From NCBI GenBank assembly GCA_964434195.1, contig CAYSUI010000005.1, forward strand, positions 10,671-74,670: DNA of 64,000 bases, in the 5' to 3' direction. This DNA comes from an uncultured Candidatus Saccharibacteria bacterium (lineage in GTDB: Bacteria; Patescibacteriota; Doudnabacteria; UBA920). A program made the position numbers and the translations under genes. Shown piece after piece: positions 31,008-40,835 of the stretch. The stretch's first letter is position 1; every line of letters begins with the position of its first letter. Below the pieces are notes generated by a model, which saw only the letters and a list, made by a program, of their open reading frames with translations, was not told where the DNA came from and searched no databases.

Positions 31008-31979
31008 CTATTTTCTTAATTTTAGATACTCTAGCAATCCTTCTTGCAATCTTTTTTCGCCATCCCAAACAACTATATTGTAACCCGGAAGAAACTCAGA
31101 CGGATCTTCTTGTCTAAAAGTTATAGACCGAACATTAGGATCTAATGCTTCAGAAATATGCCTGTCTGTCCCACCCTTAATAATAGAAAATTTATCTCCC
31201 CAAACTTCTAACCTATCTGCGTTTAAAAGTTCTTCAGAGGATGTTCCTAAAATTTTAAGATGCTCCTCATTTTCTAAAACAAATTTTACAGCTGTATTTT
31301 TTGAAACTCCTTCTACAGCAAAATCTACAGCAAACTCTCCTGCCAATCTTGGGGTCATCGGAACATCATATTCTTTCAAAAGTTGATCCGCTCTTTCTAT
31401 GAAAGGAATTCTAAAATCAAAAATTTCTTTATCAAGATTTAATTTTTCAGAAATAGTTTTTGACTGATCAGAAGACATGTCATATGAGTTCACAAACTCA
31501 TACGTAATCTGAGGACCTCTATCTTGGTACATGACTGCAAATGGATCTCTTCCACTGTCCATTAAAAATTTAGTCACGTTAGTTGGAGGGAAAATTTTTA
31601 ACTTGAATTCAGAAATTAATTTTGAAGATACGACTCTTAAATTTTTCTTTTGGACCTCAGAAAGTTTTTCTTCATACAAACTATAAAAAGGTCTTAAATT
31701 TATTTTTCCATCTTTGTTGAATCCCCAAACTTCTGTACCACTACACGACCCTATTAAAATTTTATTTCTATAATTAAAATTTATTTTATCCGTTACTCTC
31801 CAAACTATATCTTTAACATCTTGTCCAGAAATTAAAAATAAAATTTTACCTTCTTCTAAAATTTTTTCTAGCTCTCGAACCAATTCTTGATCTATAGGAG
31901 AATATAGATCAGCGATAGTTTGATCTACATCTGAAAGTATCAACTTTACATTTTTATTCCACTCAATTTTTTTTTGCAT
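31008..31979 (-). CDS. HAD-superfamily phosphatase-like protein
   Basis: Motif I LSDVDQT (DxDxT), motif II LISGQ, motif IV-like GDKFSIIKGGTD. Confidence 0.45.
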   Translation of the reverse strand: MQKKIEWNKNVKLILSDVDQTIADLYSPIDQELVRELEKILEEGKILFLISGQDVKDIVWRVTDKINFNYRNKILIGSCSGTEVWGFNKDGKINLRPFYSLYEEKLSEVQKKNLRVVSSKLISEFKLKIFPPTNVTKFLMDSGRDPFAVMYQDRGPQITYEFVNSYDMSSDQSKTISEKLNLDKEIFDFRIPFIERADQLLKEYDVPMTPRLAGEFAVDFAVEGVSKNTAVKFVLENEEHLKILGTSSEELLNADRLEVWGDKFSIIKGGTDRHISEALDPNVRSITFRQEDPSEFLPGYNIVVWDGEKRLQEGLLEYLKLRK

Positions 31980-31981
31980 AA

Positions 31982-32767
31982 TTATTTTTTTAAATTTTCA
32001 ATTCTCAATCTAGAAACTTCTAAATAATTTTTATCGATATCGATACCTACAAATTTTCTATTCTCACTAAGAGCAACAACTCCCGTTGTCGAGCTTCCTG
32101 TAAATGGATCCAAAATCAAATCTTCTTTTTTTGTACTCGATAAAATTATTCTTCTTAAAAGTTCTAAAGGTTTTTGTGTAGGATGATTTCCTAAAATTTT
32201 TTCTTCCATCTTCGGACTAGAAATTTGCCATACCGTATGCATCTGCTGATTTGGAATTTTTAAATTATCATCTGCATCCAAATAATTTTTCATAGTATCG
32301 TATTCAAAAATATATTTTGAATTGCTATCTTTACCAGCCCATATTAAATTTTCATGGCTTGCTGTAAATGTGCGTTTAGTAAAATTTGGTGTAATCTTTT
32401 TTTTTAACCAAACTATATCATTTAATATTTTAAAACCAGATGCTTGCAGTGCGAAGCCGGACATATATATAGAGTGGAAAGTTCCACTTACCCAAAGTGT
32501 CGCATTCGGTTTCATTATTCTTCTGCATGCTCTTATCCAAGACAGATGAAATTCAAAATCTTTCTTTACCCCCTGACTCTTATCCCAGTCTCCCTTATCA
32601 ACACTTTTAATTGTTCCATTCACAAATGTTTTACCACCATTAGAAAGAAAATATGGCGGGTCAGCGAATACCATATCTACTGTTTCAGGCTCGAAAGTTT
32701 CAAGTACTGAAACACAGTTTCCCAAATACAGCTTATAGTCTTTTCCTTCAAAGAATGATTGTTGCAT
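31982..32767 (-). CDS. Beta-class (N4-cytosine or N6-adenine) DNA methyltransferase
   Basis: Motif IV DPPY (VFADPPYF) precedes motif I (LDPFTGSSTTG), the beta-class order. Confidence 0.75.
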   Translation of the reverse strand: MQQSFFEGKDYKLYLGNCVSVLETFEPETVDMVFADPPYFLSNGGKTFVNGTIKSVDKGDWDKSQGVKKDFEFHLSWIRACRRIMKPNATLWVSGTFHSIYMSGFALQASGFKILNDIVWLKKKITPNFTKRTFTASHENLIWAGKDSNSKYIFEYDTMKNYLDADDNLKIPNQQMHTVWQISSPKMEEKILGNHPTQKPLELLRRIILSSTKKEDLILDPFTGSSTTGVVALSENRKFVGIDIDKNYLEVSRLRIENLKK

Positions 32768-32847
32768 ACAGAGTTTGTGCTTTATTTACTAGCGTTTCAC
32801 TTGTTTCATTACCATCAGTTTAACAGTTTAACCGAGTGTTACACAAA

Positions 32848-32879
32848 ATGAAACCGCCATATTTATGGCGGTTTCATTT
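32848..32879 (-). terminator. Perfect hairpin (gaaaccgccat/atggcggtttc) immediately 3' of tRNA-Ser
   Basis: 11-bp perfect stem. Confidence 0.5.
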
Positions 32880-32974
32880 TGGCGGAAGCGGTGGGATTCG
32901 AACCCACGTGAAGGCTTTTGGCCCTCAAGCGCATTTCGAGTGCGCCCCGTTACGACCACTTCGGTACGCTTCCC
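32880..32974 (-). tRNA. tRNA-Ser (anticodon CGA), type II long variable arm, CCA encoded
   Basis: Anticodon stem GCGCA/TGCGC, loop CTCGAAA, long variable arm, T-arm GTGGGTTCGAATCCCAC. Confidence 0.75.
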
Positions 32975-32996
32975 TACAAACGCTTGCTTATTGTAT

Positions 32997-33656
32997 CTAG
33001 CCAGCAAAATTTTTGCAAAATGTTTTTCTATGAAAGTTTGTTAATCCAAATCTTAAAATTGCATCTACGTGTTTCTTAGTTCCATAACCTTTATTTTCTT
33101 CCCAAAAATACTTCGGGAAACATTCTGAAAGTTTCTTCATTAAGTTATCTCTATATACCTTCGCAATAATCGAAGCACAAGCTATTTCAAAAACCTTAGA
33201 ATCCCCTTTCACAACCGAATATGCATTATAAGAAATATTGTTTGGAACAAATTTGCCATCAAACAAAACCAAGGTATTGTCTCGATCAATAACACCTTCG
33301 CTAAAAATACTTTTCACACATTCATTCATACTCTCCAAAACAGCGTTGTGAATATTTATTTCATCTATCCTAGCAGGTGTAGTTTCTAAAATTATATACT
33401 TGGTAGCTGTATTTATAATTTCTTTTGAAAGAATTTCGCGTTTGCCCTCGCGCAATGCCTTACTGTCTTTAACTTCACTCTTCCACGGCTCACGTGCAGC
33501 GGTGGTGTGATTCACGTTGAACACCACCGCTGCAACCACTAAGGGCCCAGCCAAACTCCCCCTTCCTACTTCATCCACCCCCACAACCCACTCCGTCCCT
33601 TCACTCAAATCCCTACCGGCCCACACCATTCCTTTTTGAGTATTTTGATTCTTCAT
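32997..33656 (-). CDS. rnhB: Ribonuclease HII
   Basis: VVGVDEVGRGSLAGPLVVAAV catalytic N-terminal motif. Confidence 0.85.
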   Translation of the reverse strand: MKNQNTQKGMVWAGRDLSEGTEWVVGVDEVGRGSLAGPLVVAAVVFNVNHTTAAREPWKSEVKDSKALREGKREILSKEIINTATKYIILETTPARIDEINIHNAVLESMNECVKSIFSEGVIDRDNTLVLFDGKFVPNNISYNAYSVVKGDSKVFEIACASIIAKVYRDNLMKKLSECFPKYFWEENKGYGTKKHVDAILRFGLTNFHRKTFCKNFAG

Positions 33657-33704
33657 TATCTTTGATTTGATTTATAAAACAAAATTACGCCAACTCACCG
33701 CAGA

Positions 33705-33841
33705 GAGACCGAGGATGTTTTAGCTCGAACGAAATCCGGACCCGATTTAGAATCTGGCTTTGCCAGTTATAAATCTCAGGCTATTGGCCACATGCCAGTG
33801 CCGATAAGAAGCCGGACCTAGTGAGAGTTGAAACATCCTCG
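33705..33841. mobile_element. MITE-like 137-bp element with 16-bp perfect terminal inverted repeats (GAGACCGAGGATGTTT / AAACATCCTCGGTCTC) carrying an internal CTGGCTTTGCCAG hairpin
   Basis: TIRs and internal hairpin read directly; same internal hairpin motif recurs at 5 other sites. Confidence 0.5.
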
Positions 33842-33864
33842 GTCTCGAACACGGACAAAACATC

Positions 33865-34302
33865 TTAAAATCTAACTCTCAATCTCGGGGACAACTCCAA
33901 GTTCAATAACCTAAAACAACTATCATTCTCAAAAAACAAAACCTCCCCTACCATCTCCCCTTCCAACAAAAGCATCTTCTCATTCAAAACTTCCATTGAC
34001 CCATTCAACAAAAATATTCCATTCTTCTTCTTCGTTTTAATCTCCGAAAACCTATACCATAAGAAACCACTAGGTATCCTATTCTCAACTACAAAATTTA
34101 CAAACTCTTGTTTCCCAAGTTTACTATATTCAGTTAATCCTACATTCCCAAATCCAACATCCAAAAAATCAGCAACCTCATCCAGGTTTCCATAATTTAA
34201 TGCATATGCAAATTTTTCTAACCATTTCCTCAAACTGAACCTTTCTTCGGTTGTTAAGGTATAGTCAAACGTAAACTTAAAATCTAAATTTATATCTTTC
34301 AT
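33865..34302 (-). CDS. Hypothetical protein
   Basis: ORF only. Confidence 0.3.
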   Translation of the reverse strand: MKDINLDFKFTFDYTLTTEERFSLRKWLEKFAYALNYGNLDEVADFLDVGFGNVGLTEYSKLGKQEFVNFVVENRIPSGFLWYRFSEIKTKKKNGIFLLNGSMEVLNEKMLLLEGEMVGEVLFFENDSCFRLLNLELSPRLRVRF

Positions 34303-35628
34303 AGTATTAAATATTTAAACAAGTAGTTACAAACAACGAAAACAAGTTTTACCGACTTAAATTAGAATAGCCTTTATTACAAAAATCTTCTATAGACAAA
34401 AAGTGTTAAACAAAAATTTTTAAGCTTATTCATTTATAACTTGCCTAACCGTCCACTATTTAATAAAAACATTCAGAGGAAACATAAATCTAGAAATCCG
34501 CTCTCCTGTTATCTCTCAAATTCAAATTCTTTTTCACAAAGGCAGAAATATTGCAAAAGAAGTTTCCAACAAATCTCGAATAACTATTTCCAGAAAAAAG
34601 ACGTAAGAAAATCTTTTCGAAGGTAAGATACAACTAGGTTTAAAAACACAATTCAAGCTCCAAAACCATACACGAATAACCTTAGTGTTTATTTCCAAAT
34701 AACCGAGACCCTAAGATTACTTTCAGAGCACGTTACATACATTTCTCCCATAGGAATAAGAAGCGTTTTAGAGTTTTGTTTAAAAAACAAACTGACGTAT
34801 GAAAAGATAACCGGAAGTATATTTAGCGACAAACTCTAGCACCTTGAACTTTGGTCTACAGGATTCATAGGGAATTTCCTAAATATCATAAACAAAAAAA
34901 GAATTGAACTTTTTTAAAATGGAGAATCAAAGTGAAACAGATTTTAGTCCCGAAGTCTGTACTACTTGTGGCGCAAACCCACACCAAAAGAACTGGCACA
35001 TTCACTCCTGAAACGAACCAAAAAAAGAACAAACATTCTTCGAATATTAATTTGCGGTTTCAAGTTGGTTCATCCGAGCATGAGCATAGACCACGGATAC
35101 ACAAGAGATAAAAAATCAACACTGCAAACAGTGCCCGGGTAAAGTAAGTAGTGGAAGAAAATGAAACTCTTGCAAAATCCATGATCCAATGATCTATATT
35201 CATTAGCGAGAATTCTTGATAGGTCTCTGGCTTTGCCAGAACCTAGCTCAAGTCGAGAAAGTTTAAAAAAACTGTAGCGATATCGCTACATCGGTAGAAT
35301 TTTTTAAAATTATCTTAGAGGTCATTATGGGAATCTGGTTTTACCTATTCCCAACTAATGTCCGGAAATTGGTGCAGACGCTTGTAACAGAGGTTATTTA
35401 AGAAGTCTTACACCACAAAAACTATTGCCCTCATATTCTCTCTGTTCTTTGGGGAGCAGGTTACAATTTTGGGAAAACTTACTGTAGCTCCATTCTCCCC
35501 TATCAAAACCCAGAGACCGCTTTCGGTCTTGGTTTTAAGCCATTCAAAACTTCACCAACCTGACAAAATGTAATGTTATTTCTAAAAAAAATGAATCCAA
35601 ATAATGGATTCTAAAAAACGACATAAAA

Positions 35629-35973
35629 TTAGTCATCTACCAATACCACAGGACTCCCTGAAATTTTTTCATTCAACTCACTTCTACTAATCTCAGTAAC
35701 GGGAAAACGAATATAATTTGAATCATCTCCACCGTCCTTAAATAGCAACAACTCATTTCTAGTTATTTGGAACTGCATAACCCCATTAGTTATCGGAATT
35801 GAGACAAATACTTTTTCACTGCCCCCCTCTCCTTTTACTAAGTAGCAATCAAGGTTATGAAAATAAACATAAGAGTTACTCCCCTCACGAGGGAAATACT
35901 TAAACAAAATCACAAGCCCCCAAATTACCAAAGTAACCATTAACACATTCACCGTAACTAAAGCATAAATCAT
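35629..35973 (-). CDS. Hypothetical protein with N-terminal TM helix
   Basis: ORF only. Confidence 0.3.
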   Translation of the reverse strand: MIYALVTVNVLMVTLVIWGLVILFKYFPREGSNSYVYFHNLDCYLVKGEGGSEKVFVSIPITNGVMQFQITRNELLLFKDGGDDSNYIRFPVTEISRSELNEKISGSPVVLVDD

Positions 35974-36222
35974 AACAATCCTCCTTTACGATTGACCCCT
36001 ATTATAGTCCAACCAAACAAAAACTCCTATCATAAGATAGAAGCTTATGCCTGGTCGGAGCACTTCGGTCTTTAGTAAGCAAAATCATAGTCTTCCTGGT
36101 ATAACCTGACGTCACTAAAACAAAAATATCATTTCATTTAAAAATACTTAAACCAACTTACTCCAAAACATACTACACATGAATAAATCATTCTATAACC
36201 AAATAACTCATTACTTTATATC

Positions 36223-36250
36223 TTGACATTTCTTTAAAAAATGTTAGATT
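36223..36250 (+). promoter_or_regulatory. Sigma-70-like promoter (TTGACA, 16 nt, TGnTAGATT extended -10) upstream of 36285 ORF
   Basis: Motif spacing read from sequence; SD aaaaggag before ATG. Confidence 0.35.
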
Positions 36251-36284
36251 TACATTTATTTTTACCAACCAAAAGGAGCAAAAC

Positions 36285-36701
36285 ATGGAGCTATCAACTT
36301 TACAGAGCCTTATCTCTGGACTCCCTAATACACTGCTAGACGAGTTAGTTATCAAGCTTCGTCTTGATTCAGAGATAAACTTAGGTAATTCCTCGAATTC
36401 AGAAATTTCTGCTAACTTAATAGCTTACCTAAACCGAAGAAACCAAATCTCTTTTTTAGCCCAAGCGATTACCGAACTCGCCCCGGGACTGCTGACATAT
36501 TCATCAGCAGAAGAAATTCTCACTAAGAGAAATGAACTTGCGGAAAGAATCACAAAAGAATTGGGTGCTACAAAAGTTAACAGCCTAGCAGAAAGATACA
36601 CATTCAGAAAATATATACCTAGGAATACTAGTGGCAACCTCATCCCCTATCTAGTTTGCCATTTAGCGATCGTCTTAGAAAAAGAACAAGAACTAAGCTA
36701 A
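36285..36701 (+). CDS. Hypothetical protein
   Basis: ORF with promoter and SD. Confidence 0.35.
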   Translation: MELSTLQSLISGLPNTLLDELVIKLRLDSEINLGNSSNSEISANLIAYLNRRNQISFLAQAITELAPGLLTYSSAEEILTKRNELAERITKELGATKVNSLAERYTFRKYIPRNTSGNLIPYLVCHLAIVLEKEQELS

Positions 36702-36762
36702 ATACCACCCTTCATATGAAGGGTATTTTTATAAACAAAAAATCCCCCTCAGGGGATTTTTT

Positions 36763-36835
36763 GGTGGACCCACGGAGAATCGAACTCCGAACTAATCCAT
36801 GCCATGGATCCGTATTACCACTATACTATGGGCCC
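36763..36835 (-). tRNA. tRNA-Ala (anticodon GGC), G3:U70 identity pair, CCA encoded; preceded by hairpin terminator at 36739-36762
   Basis: Acceptor GGGCCCA/TGGGTCC with G3-U70; anticodon loop ATGGCAT. Confidence 0.75.
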
Positions 36836-36883
36836 TAATAAAAGAATTAAAAATATTCTACTGAATCATCTTTTATAGGTCAA

Positions 36884-37186
36884 CTACTTACTATTATTTA
36901 TATTTGGGAGCCTAGTCTGTTCTGCCTGCTTAAGTAAACCATCAAAGCGTTTCATCTGGTCTCTGAAAGCTGGCACAACGCCAATTGCATTCAACATCCA
37001 ACCTAATATAGCCAGAGCCAAAACTGCACCCACCACAGAACCAAAACCACTGAGTGTTCCATGAAAAAAGCTCTTCCACCAACCTTGTTTAAGTACCTGC
37101 TGAGTCTCTACAATACTCTTATGAATCTCGTCTAGTTTTTTATAAAAATCTTGTTCATTCATATTCAAATTATAACATATCAACAA
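36884..37186 (-). CDS. Small membrane protein, hypothetical
   Basis: ORF with one TM helix. Confidence 0.3.
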   Translation of the reverse strand: MLICYNLNMNEQDFYKKLDEIHKSIVETQQVLKQGWWKSFFHGTLSGFGSVVGAVLALAILGWMLNAIGVVPAFRDQMKRFDGLLKQAEQTRLPNINNSK

Positions 37187-37208
37187 TAGCCTCTTCAGTT
37201 CTTACTTT

Positions 37209-37283
37209 TGGTCCCTTTGGAGGGAATCGAACCCCCATCTTATCCTTAGGACGGATCTGCTCTATCCATTGAGCTACAAAGGG
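37209..37283 (-). tRNA. tRNA-Arg (anticodon CCU), CCA encoded
   Basis: Acceptor CCCTTTG/CAAAGGG, anticodon loop GTCCTAA, T-arm GGGGGTTCGATTCCCTC. Confidence 0.7.
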
Positions 37284-37348
37284 CACAAAAATAAAAATGG
37301 AAAAAATAATATATTTATACTACAGAGAAACTTTATAAAAAACAAAGT

Positions 37349-38767
37349 ATGTTCAGGAAATTAACAAACCTATCATTGTTAAACACAAAAGCGATTGATC
37401 AAAAATATAAATTCTCACCTCTACAAAAGATATTCACAGGACTGATCATAGTTTTATATGTAACCTCAATTTTTTATCCTATAAAAGCTAATCTCAATAC
37501 TTCTCTACAATTTGCAACAGGAAGTAAATCAGATTTTTTAATAATTTTTCTTTATTTAAGCGATATTTTGTTGCTTTGTTTATTCTACCTTTTAATACTA
37601 CATAAAAAATTACTCTCAAAAAAAATAGTATGTTTATGGGGATTATTTATTTTTTCCTCTTTATTAAGCATTTTTTATAACGGGCTTAATAATCTCGCCA
37701 TTCCTATATATTATCTTGCTCTAATATCTTTAGGTTTTGTTACATATGAAACTGTACGTATTATCTTTAATAATATTCAGCTTAAAAAAATATTTATTAG
37801 TACATTTCTAATTCTCTCAATTACTCAGTCATTATTAGTAATATATCAGTGGAATAAACAACAATCATTTGGATTATTTCACGTGGGAGAATCAAATATA
37901 TCACGTGAAATTGTAGGAGTTGCCAAAATCGACACTCCACGTGGAAAACTAATACGTCCTTACGGTACTTTTCCTCATCCAAATATACTTTCTGTATTTT
38001 TATTAACTGCATGGTTTATAGGATTTACCCAAATAAAACCTAATAAACATTTAATATATCCTCATATTTACGGGATATTAACTACATTTTGCTTACTTCT
38101 AACATTTAGCCGATCCACCATCATAATTTGGACCATAAGCCTAATAGCACTACTCCTATATAACTTAATTAAGAAGCTTCACAGGAAACATCTATACTAT
38201 CTAATAACTAGTTTAGTAACTTTATGTCTATTCATTACTATAAATTTACAATATCTATTAAATAGATATAACAGTGCATATACAGATGGGTCTTTAAATC
38301 TTCGTAATACCTACAACCTATTCGCATATAAGTTTATCCAAAATTCTCCTATTTTTGGCATAGGGCCGGGACAAACAATGTTTCAAATGAAACAAAACAA
38401 CTATCTCAGCTTAAAAACATACGAAATTCAACCAATTCACAACTTCCCCCTACTTATATGGACAGAATTCGGGATTATACCTCTTCTCATAATTTTATTA
38501 ATAGTACTTCTCACTATAATGAATCTTTGGAAATCTTTTAATACAGCATTAAAAGATGATGAGAAAAAATCTGAATTATTCTTTTTAATGGTGTATATTT
38601 TCTCAATTCTTGCATTATCCCTTACAGACCACTACTTCTACACTTCTAGACAAGGAATACTGATTTTTTGGGGAACCATCGGAGTGTCTTATTCAATACT
38701 TCTAAAACTCAACAAAAAAGATGTTTCAGATGAAACATCAATTTACGAGCCCCCTAGTAATAATTGA
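37349..38767 (+). CDS. Polytopic membrane protein, O-antigen ligase/polymerase (Wzy_C)-like
   Basis: At least 10 TM helices with a large periplasmic loop; composition typical of O-antigen ligase family. Confidence 0.4.
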   Translation: MFRKLTNLSLLNTKAIDQKYKFSPLQKIFTGLIIVLYVTSIFYPIKANLNTSLQFATGSKSDFLIIFLYLSDILLLCLFYLLILHKKLLSKKIVCLWGLFIFSSLLSIFYNGLNNLAIPIYYLALISLGFVTYETVRIIFNNIQLKKIFISTFLILSITQSLLVIYQWNKQQSFGLFHVGESNISREIVGVAKIDTPRGKLIRPYGTFPHPNILSVFLLTAWFIGFTQIKPNKHLIYPHIYGILTTFCLLLTFSRSTIIIWTISLIALLLYNLIKKLHRKHLYYLITSLVTLCLFITINLQYLLNRYNSAYTDGSLNLRNTYNLFAYKFIQNSPIFGIGPGQTMFQMKQNNYLSLKTYEIQPIHNFPLLIWTEFGIIPLLIILLIVLLTIMNLWKSFNTALKDDEKKSELFFLMVYIFSILALSLTDHYFYTSRQGILIFWGTIGVSYSILLKLNKKDVSDETSIYEPPSNN

Positions 38768-38810
38768 GTAGAAATTGAGGAAACTACATAAGCAAGAAGT
38801 TTATTATGGC

Positions 38811-39281
38811 TTATTTATGGTAATTTTTTCCCGCTATAATCATACACGCTCTATATAATTGCTCCTCTAGTAAAATACGAGCAAAATTGTGGGTAAATGT
38901 CATTTTACTTAAAGAAATCTGATAATTAGAAACTGCTCTCAGGCTAGAATGAATCCCAAGGGAACCACCTATTACAAAAACTAACTCCTGCCCTAAATTT
39001 CCTACTCTTTCAATAAAATTAGCAAATCCCATAGAGTCTCTTTCTGTCCCCTTCTCTTCCAGCACAATCGTAATTGATTCCTTATCAAGGTACTTTAAAA
39101 TATTTGTCGCCTCTTTCTCTTTTACGCGCTCTAAATCTTCGTTTTCTTTATAGCCCACCTCTTGCAATTCTACTATTTTAAGTTTCGCATATGGAGATAA
39201 ACGTTTCATGTACAACAATTCCAACTCCTTAAACTCTTTTTCTTTAAATTTACCTAAACAAATAATCTTTATTTTAAACAT
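38811..39281 (-). CDS. rlmH: 23S rRNA (pseudouridine1915-N3)-methyltransferase RlmH (SPOUT)
   Basis: 155-aa SPOUT fold; LVFVIGGSLGI and C-terminal motif match the RlmH pattern. Confidence 0.7.
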   Translation of the reverse strand: MFKIKIICLGKFKEKEFKELELLYMKRLSPYAKLKIVELQEVGYKENEDLERVKEKEATNILKYLDKESITIVLEEKGTERDSMGFANFIERVGNLGQELVFVIGGSLGIHSSLRAVSNYQISLSKMTFTHNFARILLEEQLYRACMIIAGKNYHK

Positions 39282-39401
39282 ATATATACTCTACCTTAGA
39301 TAATACCCAGTGTGTATAGTACTACCGAAATTCATTACACGCACGCCTAACCAAACTAAATACTAAACAAAAAACACCCTATTTGGGTGTTTTTCTTAAA
39401 A

Positions 39402-39632
39402 TTAAAGATGTATAAACTTATCTAAATACTTATGCAGAACGTTATGACTCAAGTCATAGTAGTATAAAGCAAGTAACAACCCTAAATACAAGACATTTAA
39501 CATTAAAAGCCTCACTAAGTCTTGTTTAATAAATGCATATTCTTCGGCGAAATGCCCTGGGACCGCTGAGTTCGGGACCATACCAGAATGCTCATTAATG
39601 CTTACCCTATTATTCTTATGTTTTTTACTCAT
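39402..39632 (-). CDS. Small hypothetical membrane protein
   Basis: ORF only. Confidence 0.25.
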   Translation of the reverse strand: MSKKHKNNRVSINEHSGMVPNSAVPGHFAEEYAFIKQDLVRLLMLNVLYLGLLLALYYYDLSHNVLHKYLDKFIHL

Positions 39633-39749
39633 AGTTTGTAATTTATAAAGAAATAATAAACAATTTCAACATTGTAGGCAAGCAAAAAGGTTGTTAATAT
39701 TAATATGATTTAATCTAATTTCAATGACTAGTTTGCTTCATGTCAAACA

Positions 39750-40286
39750 ATGCAAAGAAAATTATTAAGTCTTTTTAAATCGTTCTTAATAAAAATAAAT
39801 ATCTTGATAAATACTCTACAAATTGTCTTAACTATTTTTTGCCTTTTATCACTCTGCTTCTCCACATACTCTCTTATATGGGTTATAAAACTCAAAAAAC
39901 TTAGAAGAAAATTATTAGAAAAAAGCCCACCTTTAACTTTAGAAGAGGCATTAAATAGCCTAGAAACCCACTTAACAGTTCTTGAAAGGAACCAACTTTC
40001 TACTCAAGAACAAATAGATATTGTAGAAAAAATTCTCCAAGGAGCTATTCAAAAAGTAGGAATTGTAAAATTCAATTCGCTTTCAAACGACGGTGGCAAT
40101 TTCTCTTTCTCTGCAGCACTATTAAATCATCATAACTCTGGAATAATCTTATCGAGTTTATATGGACGAGAATTCAATAGAATTTATATAAAATCCATAC
40201 AAAATGGACATAGTGAAATTCCTTTAACCGAGGAGGAGGAAAAAGCTCTAGCAGAAACACAAGTTAGGAAAAAAATAATTAATTAA
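39750..40286 (+). CDS. Hypothetical membrane-anchored protein
   Basis: N-terminal TM; ORF only. Confidence 0.3.
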   Translation: MQRKLLSLFKSFLIKINILINTLQIVLTIFCLLSLCFSTYSLIWVIKLKKLRRKLLEKSPPLTLEEALNSLETHLTVLERNQLSTQEQIDIVEKILQGAIQKVGIVKFNSLSNDGGNFSFSAALLNHHNSGIILSSLYGREFNRIYIKSIQNGHSEIPLTEEEEKALAETQVRKKIIN

Positions 40287-40307
40287 CCAATACTTTAAAT
40301 AAATTTT

Positions 40308-40697
40308 ATGTCAAAAAACCCAGATTCAGAAAACTTAAGCGCAGAAACCGTAGTAGGACCTTCGGTGAAAATACAAGGTGATTTAAATAGCGAGGGAAAT
40401 ATAAAAATAGAAGGTCAAGTAACTGGTAAAGTAAATACAACTCAAAGCGTTTATGTGGGTCAAGCAGCTAAGATTCTCGCTGATGTATTTGCGGGAAATG
40501 CCATTATCGCTGGCGATATCCAAGGAAATATCAAAGTATCTGGTAATTTAATTCTCCAAGGGACAGCTAAAATTAAAGGCGATATTACTTGTTCCATACT
40601 AAGAGTCGAAGATGGTGCACTATTCACAGGCAAATGTAGCATGAACGGTGGATCTCCCCGAGTAGCTAGTTCTTCAATGGAAGCCGAATTAGAATAG
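40308..40697 (+). CDS. Bactofilin (DUF583) cytoskeletal protein
   Basis: Beta-helical repeat pattern VKIQGDLNSEGNIKIEGQVTGKV... characteristic of bactofilins. Confidence 0.75.
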   Translation: MSKNPDSENLSAETVVGPSVKIQGDLNSEGNIKIEGQVTGKVNTTQSVYVGQAAKILADVFAGNAIIAGDIQGNIKVSGNLILQGTAKIKGDITCSILRVEDGALFTGKCSMNGGSPRVASSSMEAELE

Positions 40698-40835
40698 AAA
40701 ATTAAACTTCCTCAAACCACGGATCGCAAATTTGGGGTCAGATTATTGCGCAAATAAAACTTAAATCCAGCTCAGCTGGTTTTAAAATCAGTAGTTCACT
40801 TAGATGATTTATGCTTAAAGGCAAAATCCAAACTT

